From positions 90,148,001 to 90,212,000 of the forward strand of contig OX597822.1 in NCBI GenBank assembly GCA_951406725.2: 64,000 bases of DNA, in the 5' to 3' direction. The notes under the pieces were generated by a model. That model did no database searches and had not been told where the DNA came from. It saw nothing but the letters and a program-made list of their open reading frames with translations. How positions within the stretch are numbered: the stretch's first letter is position 1; each line of letters opens with the position of its first letter. The position numbers were made by a program, and so were the translations under genes. Of this stretch, positions 1-11,799 are shown one piece after another. This stretch comes from Octopus vulgaris (lineage: Eukaryota).

Positions 1-59
1 TATACATACATATATACATACATATATATATACATATATATACATACATATATATATAC

Positions 60-98
<39 letters not shown>

Positions 99-288
99 CA
101 TATATATACATACATATATATACATATATATACATACATATATATATACATATATATACATACATATATACATACATATATATACATGCATATATATATA
201 CATATATACATACATATATATATACATATATACACATACATATATACATATATATACATACATATATACATATATATACATACATATA

Positions 289-322
<34 letters not shown>

Positions 323-412
323 CATACATATACATACATATACATACATATATATATATATACATATATTATATATATATATACATATATATATATATAC
401 ATATATATATAC

Positions 413-445
<33 letters not shown>

Positions 446-451
446 CACACA

Positions 452-485
<34 letters not shown>

Positions 486-527
486 CACATATATATATAT
501 ACATATATATATACACACACACATTTA

Positions 528-575
<48 letters not shown>

Positions 576-695
576 TATACATATATATATGCATATATAT
601 ATACACACACACACATTTATATTTATTTATATATATATATATATATATGCATATATATATATACACACACACATTTATATTTATTTATATATATA

Positions 696-726
<31 letters not shown>

Positions 727-730
727 TTTA

Positions 731-778
<48 letters not shown>

Positions 779-814
779 TATATATATATACACACACACA
801 CATTTATATTTATT

Positions 815-845
<31 letters not shown>

Positions 846-890
846 GCATATATATATATGTACATACATATATATATACATATATATATA
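1..890. repeat. (TA)n/(TACA)n compound microsatellite; a longer recurring unit (GCATATA..CACACATTTATATTTATTTATA..) appears in the right half
   Basis: Almost pure TA/CA dinucleotides. The IY/HI-rich ORFs here are artefacts. Confidence 0.97.
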
Positions 891-1025
891 ACCTCATTCG
901 TATATTTTAAAATTCGGTGGTACTGACGTTGAATTTGATCTGTCTGATAACGTTAGTTGGAGAGATATGAACAGTTCTTCCAGTGCCTTCGAATTTAATA
1001 TTTTTAATATTTAATATTGTGAAGT

Positions 1026-1108
1026 CCCATGCTGATGAAGAAAATGTTCGGGTAAAGTATAAATTACACATTCTTCATACCGATCTAATTCCAAAACTCG
1101 TACATGGG
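1026..1108 (+). ncRNA. Degenerate type I hammerhead ribozyme (Penelope-associated)
   Basis: Stem I CCCATG (1026-1031)/CATGGG (1103-1108); core CTGATGA (1032-1038); CAAAAC in place of CGAAAC (1092-1097, CpG-type change); GTA cleavage triplet (1100-1102). Confidence 0.6.
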
Positions 1109-1382
1109 TGATAATATCGATTGATTTTCGTTATTTTTCACATCTGCCTTCGTGGACTGTTTTCGAGTAATTTGTTTTTTCCGGGAGTCTCTTTTTAAAG
1201 TAGAGGAAATAGCTAAGGTTCTTTGACTGCTATTTCTAAGCTTCGGTATGTGGTAAAGCAAATCTTTTGCTGAACCCTATTACTTTAATTTACCATGAAA
1301 TGGTCCTTTTTCATGCCAAATTCTACTTAGTGAAATTATTGATTACTAGTTAATTAATTAATTTTACCCTTTGTTATTATTG

Positions 1383-1489
<107 letters not shown>

Positions 1490-1497
1490 AACATATA

Positions 1498-2940
1498 AAG
1501 GATTTCTAACCTTTCATCGAATGAAGAGATATTTAATAGACATAGTGAAAAGTATAACTCTGCATTACATAGGGCAAGATATAATGGTAAAATAAAATAT
1601 ATCCCCAATAGCAGCCTTAACACTAGGAATAAATTAACAACTACTAATAAACACTGGTTAGACATGCATAACAATAATCCAAATAAAACGAATAATTAGA
1701 AATATAATATTAATATGAATAGAAATAATACTAATAATAGTGTAAACGGGATTAGAGATCATTGATTGAATATTAATAATTATAATATTAATAATACTAA
1801 TAGAAATAGTAAAGTTAATAGGAACTATTATTATAATAATAACTACAATAAAGCATTTAGTCAAAATTATAATAATAAAAATTCTACTGATTATAAAAAA
1901 TATAGAAGAAAGAATAAGAATAGAGAATTTATATATAATATAGATAAGCCGTATAATCAAAATAATGTAATAGATACACTGTGGTTAATAATTCCATATG
2001 CTATGCAAATTAAAAATAACATAGTAAGAAATATTTTCAATTTAATAAACAAGCATTTTGGAAAAGGGAAGAACAAATACTATTAGAATAAAACTATTAG
2101 AATAGGATACAGTCTTACTCATAATCTGGCCACCATCATATCCTAAATTAATAATAAAAAACTTGATTATTACTATCTAAATAGAAAAAATAATTTAGGT
2201 AGCACAAATGTGTCTTACTATAACTTAAGATATAATAATTATAACAATATAAGTAATATTAATCGAAATGGAAACTATAGTAGTAGTAATACTACAATGA
2301 GTAATAATAGCATGGATAATATTAATAGAATTAGTAATGATAACACTATATGTAATAATAATAATAACATAAAATATAGCATAAATAAGAACAATAATAT
2401 CAATAATAACATGCCAGTGGATATGGGAATAATAAGTAATAATGATAATATTAACAATAATAATAATGATAATAATGCAGTAACAATTAATCATAATAAA
2501 GTAAAACAACTACAAGCTAATAGGTGCATTTGTAGGATTAGAGAAAATTCTGTGTTTAACAATAATTGCATGAAAAGGGAGGTAGTGTATCAATGTATAG
2601 TAAGTACACAATACGATAATAGCGTCTATATTGGGACTACTAAGAATAGTTTGAAACAGAGACTTAATTATCACAGATATACTTTTAAAAATAGAAATAG
2701 GAGTAATTCTACAGGGTTAAGTGCAAATATATGGGAACTTAAGGATAAAAAATCAATTATAAATTGCGATGGAAAATACTTATATCTGCACCAGCATATA
2801 ATAAGAATAGAAAATGCTCATTATGCATTAATGAGATTTTCTTTATAATTAGGACTAATCTACCGATTATTAACAATCTTAAGGAACATAATGTTTCATG
2901 TCTTCGTAGATTGGGGTATACTTTCTCCAGATACAAATAA
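1498..2940 (+). mobile_element. Penelope-like element (Naiad-like), 3' part: RT thumb, Asn-rich linkers, GIY-YIG endonuclease; disrupted
   Basis: RISNLSSNEEIFNRHSEKYNSAL; WLIIPY..NIFNLINKHF; TIRIGYS; CICR..NNNCMKREVVYQCIV..YIGTT..LKQRLNYH..STGLSANIWELK; RKCSLCINE. Confidence 0.85.
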
Positions 2941-3012
2941 TATTTATTATAAAATACCCTTTGAAATAAATACAACTAGTTATTATGAGCATTTTTACTT
3001 TATTTATATTTC

Positions 3013-6000
3013 ATTATCATCATCATCATCATTTAGCGTTCGTTTTCCATGCTAGCATGGGTTGGACGGTTCAATTGGGGTCTGTGAAGCCAGAAGGCTG
3101 CATCAGGCCCAGTCTGATTTGGCAGTGTTTCTACGGCTGGATGCCCTTCCTAACGCCAACCACTCTGCGAGTGTAGTGGGTGCTTTTTACATGCCACCCG
3201 CACAGGTGCCAGACAGAGCTGGCAAACGACCACGAACGAATGGTGCTTTTACGTGCCACCGGCACGGGGGCCAGGCGAGGCTGGCAACGGACACAAACGG
3301 ATGGTGCTTTTACGTGCCACTGGCATGGAGGCCAGTCGGGGCGGCGCTGGCAACGGCCACGAACGGATGGTGCTTTTTACGTGCCACCGGCACAGGGGCC
3401 AGGCGAGGCTGGCAACGGCCACGAACAGATGGTGCTTTTTACGTGTCACCAGTCGGGGCGGCACTGGCAACAGCCACGATTGGATGGTTCGCTGACTTGT
3501 CACAGGCACTGGTATCACAGCCGCAATTTCCATTGATGTTGATCGACTTCGATTTTGGTTCTGCTTTCTGATATCTGATTTGATTTGGTTTGATTTGATT
3601 TTTTTGATTTCCACTTGCCTCAACGGGTCTTCACAAGTAGAGTTTTGTGTCCCAAGAAGGAAAGGTATGTATAAGTCGACTGGCTACATACCAGGTAGAG
3701 GCCACGGGTTATGGTCTCACTAGTCTTGCCGGGTCTTCTCACGCACAGCATACTTCCATAGGTCTCGGTCTCTAGTCATTTCCTTAGTGAGACCTAAAGT
3801 TCGGAGGTCGTGCTTCACCACCTTGTCCCAGGTTTTCCTGGGTTTACCTCTTCCACAGGTTCCCTCAACTGCTAGGGTGTGGCACTTTTGCACACAACTA
3901 TCTTCAGCCATTCTCGTCACATGACCATACCAGTGCAGCCGTCTCTCTTGCACACCACAACTGATGCTTCTTAGGTCCAACTTTTCTCTCAAGGTACTTA
4001 CACTCAGTCGATTATGAACACTGACATTACACATCCATCGGATCATACTGGCTTCATTTCTTGCGAGCTTACGCATATCCTCAGCAGTCACGGCCCATGT
4101 TTCACTGCCATGTAGCATGGCTGTTCATACACAAGCATCATACAGTCTGCCTTTTACTCTGAGCGAGAGGCCTTTTGTCACCAGCAGAGGTAAGAGCTCT
4201 CTGAACTTTGCCCAAGCTATTCTTACTCTAGCAGTTACACTTTCAGCACACCCGCCCCCGCTACTGACTTGGTCACCTAGGTAACGGAAGCTAACAACTA
4301 TTTCTAGTTTTTCTCCCTGAAAAGTGACAGAAGTTGGTCTCAGAGCATTTTCAGTGTTTATTGTTCCTGAGCATCTGCCACATACAAAAACCATCTTCCT
4401 AGTTAGCCTTCCTTTGACATTGCTGCATCTCTTATGTGTCCATAGCTTACACTTGGTGCATCTTATAGAGTTTCTACCTACACCTTTTCTACAGATCGAG
4501 CAGGGCCATCTATCTGAAGGCGTTTGTGATTTGTCTACCTTCCTACTTATTACGACTTTGGTTTTAGCTAGATTGACTCTGAGGCCCTTCGATTCTAAAC
4601 CTTGTTTCCACACCTGAAACTTCTCCTCCAGTTCTGATAGTGACTCAGCAATTAGAGCAAGGTCATCAGCATAGAGGAGCTCCCAAGGGCATCCTGTCTT
4701 GAATTCCTCCGTTATTGCCTGGAGGACTATGATAAATAGGAGGGGGCTGAGGACTGAACCTTGGTGGACCCCTACCTCTACCCGGAATTCTTCACTGTAC
4801 TTGTTGCCAACCCTCACCTTACTAGCAGCGTCCCTGTACATGGCTCGCACAGCTCTCACTAACCATTCATCTATCCCTGGTTTCCTCATTGACCACCAGA
4901 TGAGGGATCGGGGGACCCTGTCGAAGGCTTTCTCCATGTCAACAAAAGCCAGGCTATGACCCTCTCCGTAACCTTCATCACCTGATCCAACAGCTTGATA
5001 CCTCTGTAATTATTTGTATCTAGGGCATCACCTTTACCTTTGTAGCAGATGACTATTATGCTGCTACACCAGTCATTGGGTATGACTCCTTCGTGTATCA
5101 CCTGATTAACTATATGGGTGACTAGGCTATAGCCGACACTACCAGATATTTTGAGTATCTCTGCAGTGATACCTGATGGGCCTGGGGCTTTCCCTGTCTT
5201 CATGCTTCTAATTGCCTTAACTACCAAGGAACTATCAACTCTGATAGCTGGTCCCTCTGTTGGGTCAACATTCGGCAGACTCTCTTTATCCCATTCATTT
5301 TCTTTATTCAGCAACCTTTCATAGTGGCGTCTCCAAACCTCTCTCTTTGCATCCTCATTTAGCGCAAGTGAACCATCTTCCATGCGAACACACTTCTCTC
5401 CTACCACATCACAATTCTCTCTCACACACTGTCTTGCAACGCGAAACACCTCAAGTCTTTTATCCTCACGGTGCAGAACATTGGCAAATTTTTTCTTATC
5501 TGCTTCCCCTCTGGCTAGATAGACCTGTCTCCTAGCTTCCCTTTTAGCAGTCTGATACAATTCCCTGCTACCACCATTCTTCCAGTGCTTCCAAGTTTGT
5601 CTCTTTTCTCTAATAGCCCTGTCTACAACACTGTTCCACCACCACATTACCTTGGGATGAGAGGGGACTTTGCACCAGCCACAGATCTGGTCAGTGGCTC
5701 TCAGCAGGTTGTCCCTTAGAAACGTCCAGTTGCCCTCTGTCCCATGTGATACTTTATCTACTTCGTCAAAGGCTTCAAGTAGCATGTCCCTAAATCTCTG
5801 TCCATTCGCAGGATCTTTAAGCTTCCAGATCCTTCTTCTCCATGTTGGTCGTCTTCTGGTTGTCCTCCTAGTCCTGATCCTAAAGTCACTAACTACCAGT
5901 CTATGTTGTGGGGTACATTCTTTGCCTGGGAAGGTTTTGGCATTTATAAGCAGCCATCTCTCCCTTTGCCTGGCAAGGACGAAGTCAATTTGGCTGGTAT

Positions 6001-6417
6001 GTTGGCCCGATCGGTAGGTGACTAGGTGGCTGGTAGGTTTCCTGAAGTTAGTGTTGCAAATCATAAGATTATTTGCATCGCAGAACTCCAGCAGCCTGGT
6101 TCCCTCCTCGTTGCGGGAACCATAGCCATAGCCTCCATGTACGCCATGGAAGCCCCCAGCATGTCGTCCAACGTGACCATTGAAGTCACCAGCCACAAAG
6201 AGAAGGTCTCTGTCGTTCGTCAACGAGGTAGTCTGCAGCAGAGTGTCATAGAATCGGTCTTTCTGTCCATCAGGTAACCCCGGCTGAGGAGCATAGGCCG
6301 ATATCATGGTTGCTAATCCATGATGAAGCACTAATCTAATCTTAAGTATTCTGTCACATACTCTGATTACCTCAATTACTTTATCTACCCATTTCTCAGC
6401 GATAAGTATACCCACGC
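3013..6417 (-). mobile_element. RTE-clade LINE copy 1: 5'-truncated within the APE domain, RT, 3' UTR array, (GAT)n tail
   Basis: APE motifs SAYAPQ, AGDFNGHVG, SQIDFVL, PQHRLV; RT motifs DMEKAFDRV, GVHQGSVLSPLLF, LLYADDL, FRYLG; C-terminal GRGKPRKTW. Has an internal deletion near 4953 and a premature stop at 4125. Confidence 0.95.
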
Positions 6418-6697
6418 CAGGAGTAAGAAATTGAAATTGGTTATGGGCATATCATTTTTTGTATATGCATGTATATGTGTGTGTAACATATGTATTTGTA
6501 TGTGAATATGTTTATATATTTATATATTTTTATATGTTTCAGTTGTGTGTACATATTTGTACATTCTTTATATACTTGTATTTGTTTGTAAATATATCTT
6601 TATATTTATGTATATTGATACATATTTACACTTGTTTTTAGTATATAGATATGCATAAAGTATGTGTCAATGTACTAACTATATTGAGGTCACTAAT

Positions 6698-8607
6698 CAT
6701 CATCATCATCATCATCGTTTAGCATCCGCTTTCCATGCTAGCATGGGTTGGACGGTTCTACTGGGGTCTGTGAAGCCAGAAGGCTTCATCAGGCCCAGTC
6801 AAATCTGGCAGTGTTTCTACGGCTGGATGCCCTTCCTAACGCCAACCACTCCGTGAGTGTAGTGGGTGCTTTTTACGTGCCACCCGCACTGGTGCCAGAC
6901 AGAGCTGGCAAACGGCCACGAACGGATGGTGCTTTTTATGTGCCACCGACACGAGGGCCAGGCGAGGCTGGCAACGGACACGAAACGGGGCGGTGCTGGC
7001 AACGGACACGAAACGGGGCGGTGCTGGCAACGGCCGCGAAACGGAAGGTTCTCTTACATGCCACCGGCACTGGTAACACATCTGCAATTTCCATTGATCG
7101 ATTTCCATTGATCGATTTCGATTCTGATCCTCACTTGCCTCAACGGGTCTTCACAAGTAGAGTTTTGTGTCCCAAGAAGGGAAGGTATGCATACGTAGGC
7201 TGGCTCCATCCCATGTAGAAGGCCACGGGTTATGGACTCACTTGTCCTGCCAGGTCTTCTCGCGCACAGCACACTTCCATAGGTCTCGGTCTCTAGTCAT
7301 TTCCTCAGTGAGACCTAAAGTTCGAAGGTCGTGCTTCACCACCTCGTCCCAGGTTTTCCTGGGTCTGCCTCTTCCACAGGTTCCCTCAACCGCTAGGGTG
7401 TGGCACTTTTTCACACAACTATTTTCATCCATTCTCGCCACATGACCATACCAGCGCAAACGTCTCTCTTGCACACCACAACTGATGCTTCTTAGGTCCA
7501 GCTTTTCTCTCAAGGTGCTTACACTCTGCCGAGTGTGAGTACCGACATTACACATCCATCGGAGCATACTGGCTTCATTTCTTGCGAGCTTACGCATATC
7601 CTCAGCAGTCACGGCCCATGTTTCACTGCCATGTAGCATGGCTGTTCGTACACACGCATCATACAGTCTGCCTTTCACTCTGTGCGAGAGGCCTTTTGTC
7701 ACCAGCAGAGGTAAGAGCTCTCTGAACTTTGCCCAAGCTATTCTTACTCTAGCAGTTACACTTTCAGCACACCCGCCCCCGCTGCTGACTTGGTCACCTA
7801 GATAACGGAAACTATCAACTATTTCTAGTTTTTCTCCCTGGAAAGTGACGGAAGTTGGTCTCAGAGCATTTTCAGTGTTTATTGTTCCTGAGCATCTGCC
7901 ACATACAAAAACCATCTTCCTAGTTAGCCTTCCTTTGACATTGCTGCATCTCTTATGTGTCCATAGCTTACACTTGGTGCATCTTATAGAGTTTCTACCT
8001 ACACCTTTTCTACAGATCGAGCAGGGCCATCTACCTGAAGGCGTTTGTGATTTGTCTACCTTCCTACTTATTACGACTTTGGTTTTAGCTAGATTGACTC
8101 TGAGGCCCTTCGATTCTAATACTTGTTACCACACCTGAAACTTCTCCTCCAGTTCTGATAGCGACTCAGCAATTAGAGCAAGGTCATCAGCATAGAGGAG
8201 CTCCCAAGGGCATCCTGTCTTGAATTCCTCCGTTATTGCCTGGAGGACTATGATAAATAGGAGGGGGCTGAGTACTGAGCCTTGGTGGACCCCTACCTCT
8301 ACCCGGAATTCTTCACTGTACTCATTTCCAACCCTCACCCTACTAGCAGCGTCCCTATACATGGCCTGCACAGCTCTCACTAACCATTCATCTATCCCTA
8401 GTTTCCTCATTGCCCACCAGATAAGGGATCGGGGGACCCTGTCGAAGGCTTTCTCCATGTCAACAAAAGCCAGGTACAGGGGCTTATCTTTGGCTAGGTA
8501 TTTCTCCTGCAGCTGCCTTACCAGGAATATAGCATCAGTAGTACTTTTCCCTGGCACAAACCCAAACTGCATCTCATCTAAACTAACTCTCTCTCTAATT
8601 AGTTGGG
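6698..8607 (-). mobile_element. RTE-clade LINE copy 2 (5'-truncated, RT to tail)
   Basis: Near-identical to copy 1. QFGFVPGKSTTDAIF, YADD, same 3' UTR and (GAT)n tail. Confidence 0.95.
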
Positions 8608-8935
8608 ATTTGTATATATGTAGATGCATATGCATATATATATATTTATTTATTTATGTATGTTTTTTTTTGTGTAAATGCATGTGGTAGTTTAAAGTAT
8701 TATTTTGTTATTTTTCATGTATATCGATCTTATGAATAAACTTCAGTACACTTTTGTGTATGTAATGATTATATGGAGTTGTACATGTGTATTGGTGTAC
8801 ATTTACATCTGTTGTTTAATATGCTGCTTTGTATAAGGTACATGAATGCACTAGTATTTGTTTAGTTTATGGATATGGATTTTTTTGTATGTACCCTCAT
8901 GTGGATCCATTGTATGCTTGTGTATGTGGAAATTG

Positions 8936-9738
8936 ATCATCATCATCATCATCATCGTTTAGCGTCCGTTTTCCATGCTAGCATGGGTTGGACGGTTCTA
9001 CTGGGGTCTGTGAAGCCAGAAGGCTTCATCAGGCCCAGTCAAATCTGGCAGTGTTTCTACGGCTGGATGCCCTTCCTAACGCCAACCACTCCGTGAGTGT
9101 AGTGGGTGCATTTTACGTGCCACCCGCATAGGTGCCAGACATAGCTGGCAAACGGCCACGAATGGATGGTGCTTTTTATGTGCCACCGGCACAAGGGCCA
9201 GGCGCGGCTGGCAACGGACACGAAACGGGGCGGTGCTGGCAACGGTCGCGAAACGGAAGGTTCTCTTACATGCCACCGGCACTGGTAACACATCTGCAAT
9301 TTCCATTGATCGATTTCCATTTCTGATCCTCACTTGCCTCAACGGGTCTTCACAAGTAGAGTATCGACATGCCACCGGCACTGGTAACACATCTGCAATT
9401 TCCATTGATCGATTTCGATTCTGATCCTCACTTGCCTCAACAGGTCTTCACAAGTAGAGTTTTGTGTCCCAAGAAGGGAAGGTATGCATACGTAGGCTGG
9501 CTCCATCACAAGTAGAAGGCCACGGGTTATGGACTCACTTGTCCTGCCGGGTCTTCTCGCGCACAGCACACTTCCAGAGGACTCGGTCTCTAGTCATTCC
9601 CTCAGTGAGACCTAAAGTTCGAAGGTCGTGCTTCACCACCTCGTCCCAGGTTTTCCTGGGTCTGCCTCTTCCACAGGTTCCCTCAACCGCTAGGGTGTGG
9701 CACTTTTTCACACAACTATCTTCATCCATTCTCGCCAC
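8936..9738 (-). mobile_element. RTE-clade LINE copy 3 (3' end only, with an internal duplication in the 3' UTR)
   Basis: Same C-terminus (GRGRPRKTWDEVVKHDL) and tail. Segment ~9268-9361 is repeated at ~9368-9460. Confidence 0.93.
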
Positions 9739-9748
9739 TACGTATATA

Positions 9749-9879
9749 CAGGGTGTCCCCAAAAAATGTATACACACCTTAAATAATTGTAAATTTGTTA
9801 TTCTTTGTAAGCCTAGTACTTATTCTATCGTTCTCTTTTGCCGAACCACTATGTGTATACATTTTTTTGGGACACCCTG
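9749..9879. mobile_element. Tc1/mariner-type MITE (131 bp) containing a SINE fragment
   Basis: TIR CAGGGTGTCCCCAAAAAATGTATACAC / GTGTATACATTTTTTTGGGACACCCTG, flanked by TA. Confidence 0.85.
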
Positions 9880-10101
9880 TATATATATGTCTTAAATGGA
9901 AGCATGTTCATAGTCTTTAACATATGTTTATTTGCTTACGTTTGCGGAGATATGTATATGAGTACAAAGTATTTCGATGGTATAATCTGATTGGAGCTAC
10001 TAATGTTTGCTTTTTGTAATTATCTATCCATGTATAATTGTAGACATACTTATTAATAGAGCTAATTTTGTAGGCATCTGTATATTATTGATGTAAGAAT
10101 G

Positions 10102-10546
10102 GGATCTTTTCCTTTTGAATGGCACATGTCAACACAATTTCTAGTTAACTTTAAAACTTAATTGTTTAAATTATTTTAAAACTTAATTGTTTAAATTATT
10201 TTCCATTGCTTTCGTTTTAGCCTTTCGTTTTTTTTACACGCGTAACAATTAGATTAATTTAACAATTAAGAAAAAAAAAATTTAGGGTTAGGGTGAGGGT
10301 GAGGTTTAGGGTTAGTGACAGGATGTTGTCTCAGTTTTAGATGCAGCAAATGATTTTAGCTCACTAGTGGCGATTCATTGGTTAAAATTCGAAAAATTAA
10401 ACTACGTTAAACAAATTACAATTTTCTCAAGAAAGCCAAGAGAAAAAAATGTTTTATTTTGACACATTCTACCAGTATACGAAGTTTTAAAGTGTTTAGT
10501 TAACTAGAAATTGTGTTGACATGTGCCGTTCAAAAGGAAAAGATCC
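10102..10546. mobile_element. MITE A with long TIR GGATCTTTTCCTTTTGAAYGGCACATGTCAACACAATTTCTAGTTAACT and an internal TTAGGG-like tract
   Basis: About 47-bp inverted termini. TTAGGGTTAGGGTGAGGG.. at ~10282-10315. Confidence 0.75.
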
Positions 10547-10748
10547 TTCAATATATATAAAAGTAAAAAAAAATTTTGTTTTAAAAAGAGGTGGGTTTTT
10601 TTATCTATCTATGACAAAACCAATGGTTTTGTCATAGATAGATTAAAAAAAACCACCTTTTTTTAAAACAAAATTTTTTTGTCATAGATAGATAAAAAAC
10701 CCACCTTTTTTAAAACAAAATTTTTTTTTACTTTTAAATATATTGAAG

Positions 10749-11055
10749 GATCTTTTCCTTTTGAACGGCACATGTCAACACAATTTCTAGTTAACTAAAC
10801 ACTTTTAAACTTCGTATACTGGTAGAATGTGTTTATAAAACATCGTTTTTTCTTGGCTTTATTGAGAAAATTCTATAGTTTGTAAGATATTTCGTCTGAG
10901 ATTTCGAGCATTTCGGCAATTTTAACCAATCGCTGACCTCCATTTGGGGTGAAAACATTCCGTGCTGTATGAATATGTCCCTCGTTTAAGAAACAGATTG
11001 GGTTTTATAAACACATTCTAAAGGAAAAGATGTGCCATTCAAAAGGAAAAGATCC
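10749..11055. mobile_element. MITE B, same TIR family, right end partly deleted
   Basis: Starts GGATCTTTTCCTTTTGAACGGCAC and ends GTGCCATTCAAAAGGAAAAGATCC. Confidence 0.7.
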
Positions 11056-11542
11056 GCGATGGATTATCAGTAAATGGAATGCATTAAAGGAAAGAAATAA
11101 AAGTGATAAAAGGAGTTTTACAAGGATCGTATTTTTTTAAAAAAACATGTTAGTGAAAGGGTATTAGAAATAGTAAGATACTGACAGCTTAAACTGAGAA
11201 TGTATCAATAATATATCAATAATATATCAATAATATATCAAAAACCGTCAAATATATTTGGAAATGCTCAAAAGATATCTGACATGATATATAAAAAGAT
11301 AAATAACAATAAATAGTAATAGGTTACAAAGAGGTAAAGAGCAAAGTGAAAATGTAAAAAATAAAACGTAAAAAATTAAAAAATGGGGGGGAGTATATGT
11401 ATGTGTGTGTGTATGTGTATAAAGATATATGTGTTTTTGTGTGTGTGTATAGATATCTATATCTGTACATATGCTTAAGGATATAGTAGTGTATGTATAT
11501 GTTTACTAGGGTTTAACTGTAGATATGTGTGGAGATGTGTGT

Positions 11543-11745
11543 CTCTCTTTTACTTGTTTCAGTCATTTGACTGCGGCCATGCTGGAGCACAGCCTTTAGT
11601 CGAGGAAATCGACCCCGGGACTTATTCTTTGAAAGCCCAGTACTTATTCTATCGGTCTCTTTTGCCGAACCGCTAAGTGACGGGGACGTAAACACACCAG
11701 CATCGGTTGTCAAGCAATGCTAAGGGGACAAACACAGACACACAA

Positions 11746-11799
<54 letters not shown>

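Noticed and set aside
186-910. ORFs of IY/HI repeats (and similar ORFs elsewhere)
   Set aside because: Translations of dinucleotide microsatellites.
908-998. Hairpin upstream of the hammerhead considered as a SECIS, since some Naiad elements encode selenoproteins
   Set aside because: No proper RUGA/GA quartet or helix II length, and no UGA at Cys positions in the Naiad-like fragments examined.
3179-3490. CRISPR-like repeat/spacer appearance
   Set aside because: The variable parts are short alternating variants, there are no cas genes, and the array lies in a eukaryotic LINE 3' UTR.
3062-3623. GC-rich ORFs over RTE 3' UTRs (also 6748-7218, 9057-9424, 37188-37784)
   Set aside because: Stop-poor tandem repeats with frames not conserved between copies.
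4945-4960. RTE deletion as a spliced-out intron
   Set aside because: The missing segment lacks GT..AG ends on either strand; microhomology explains it.
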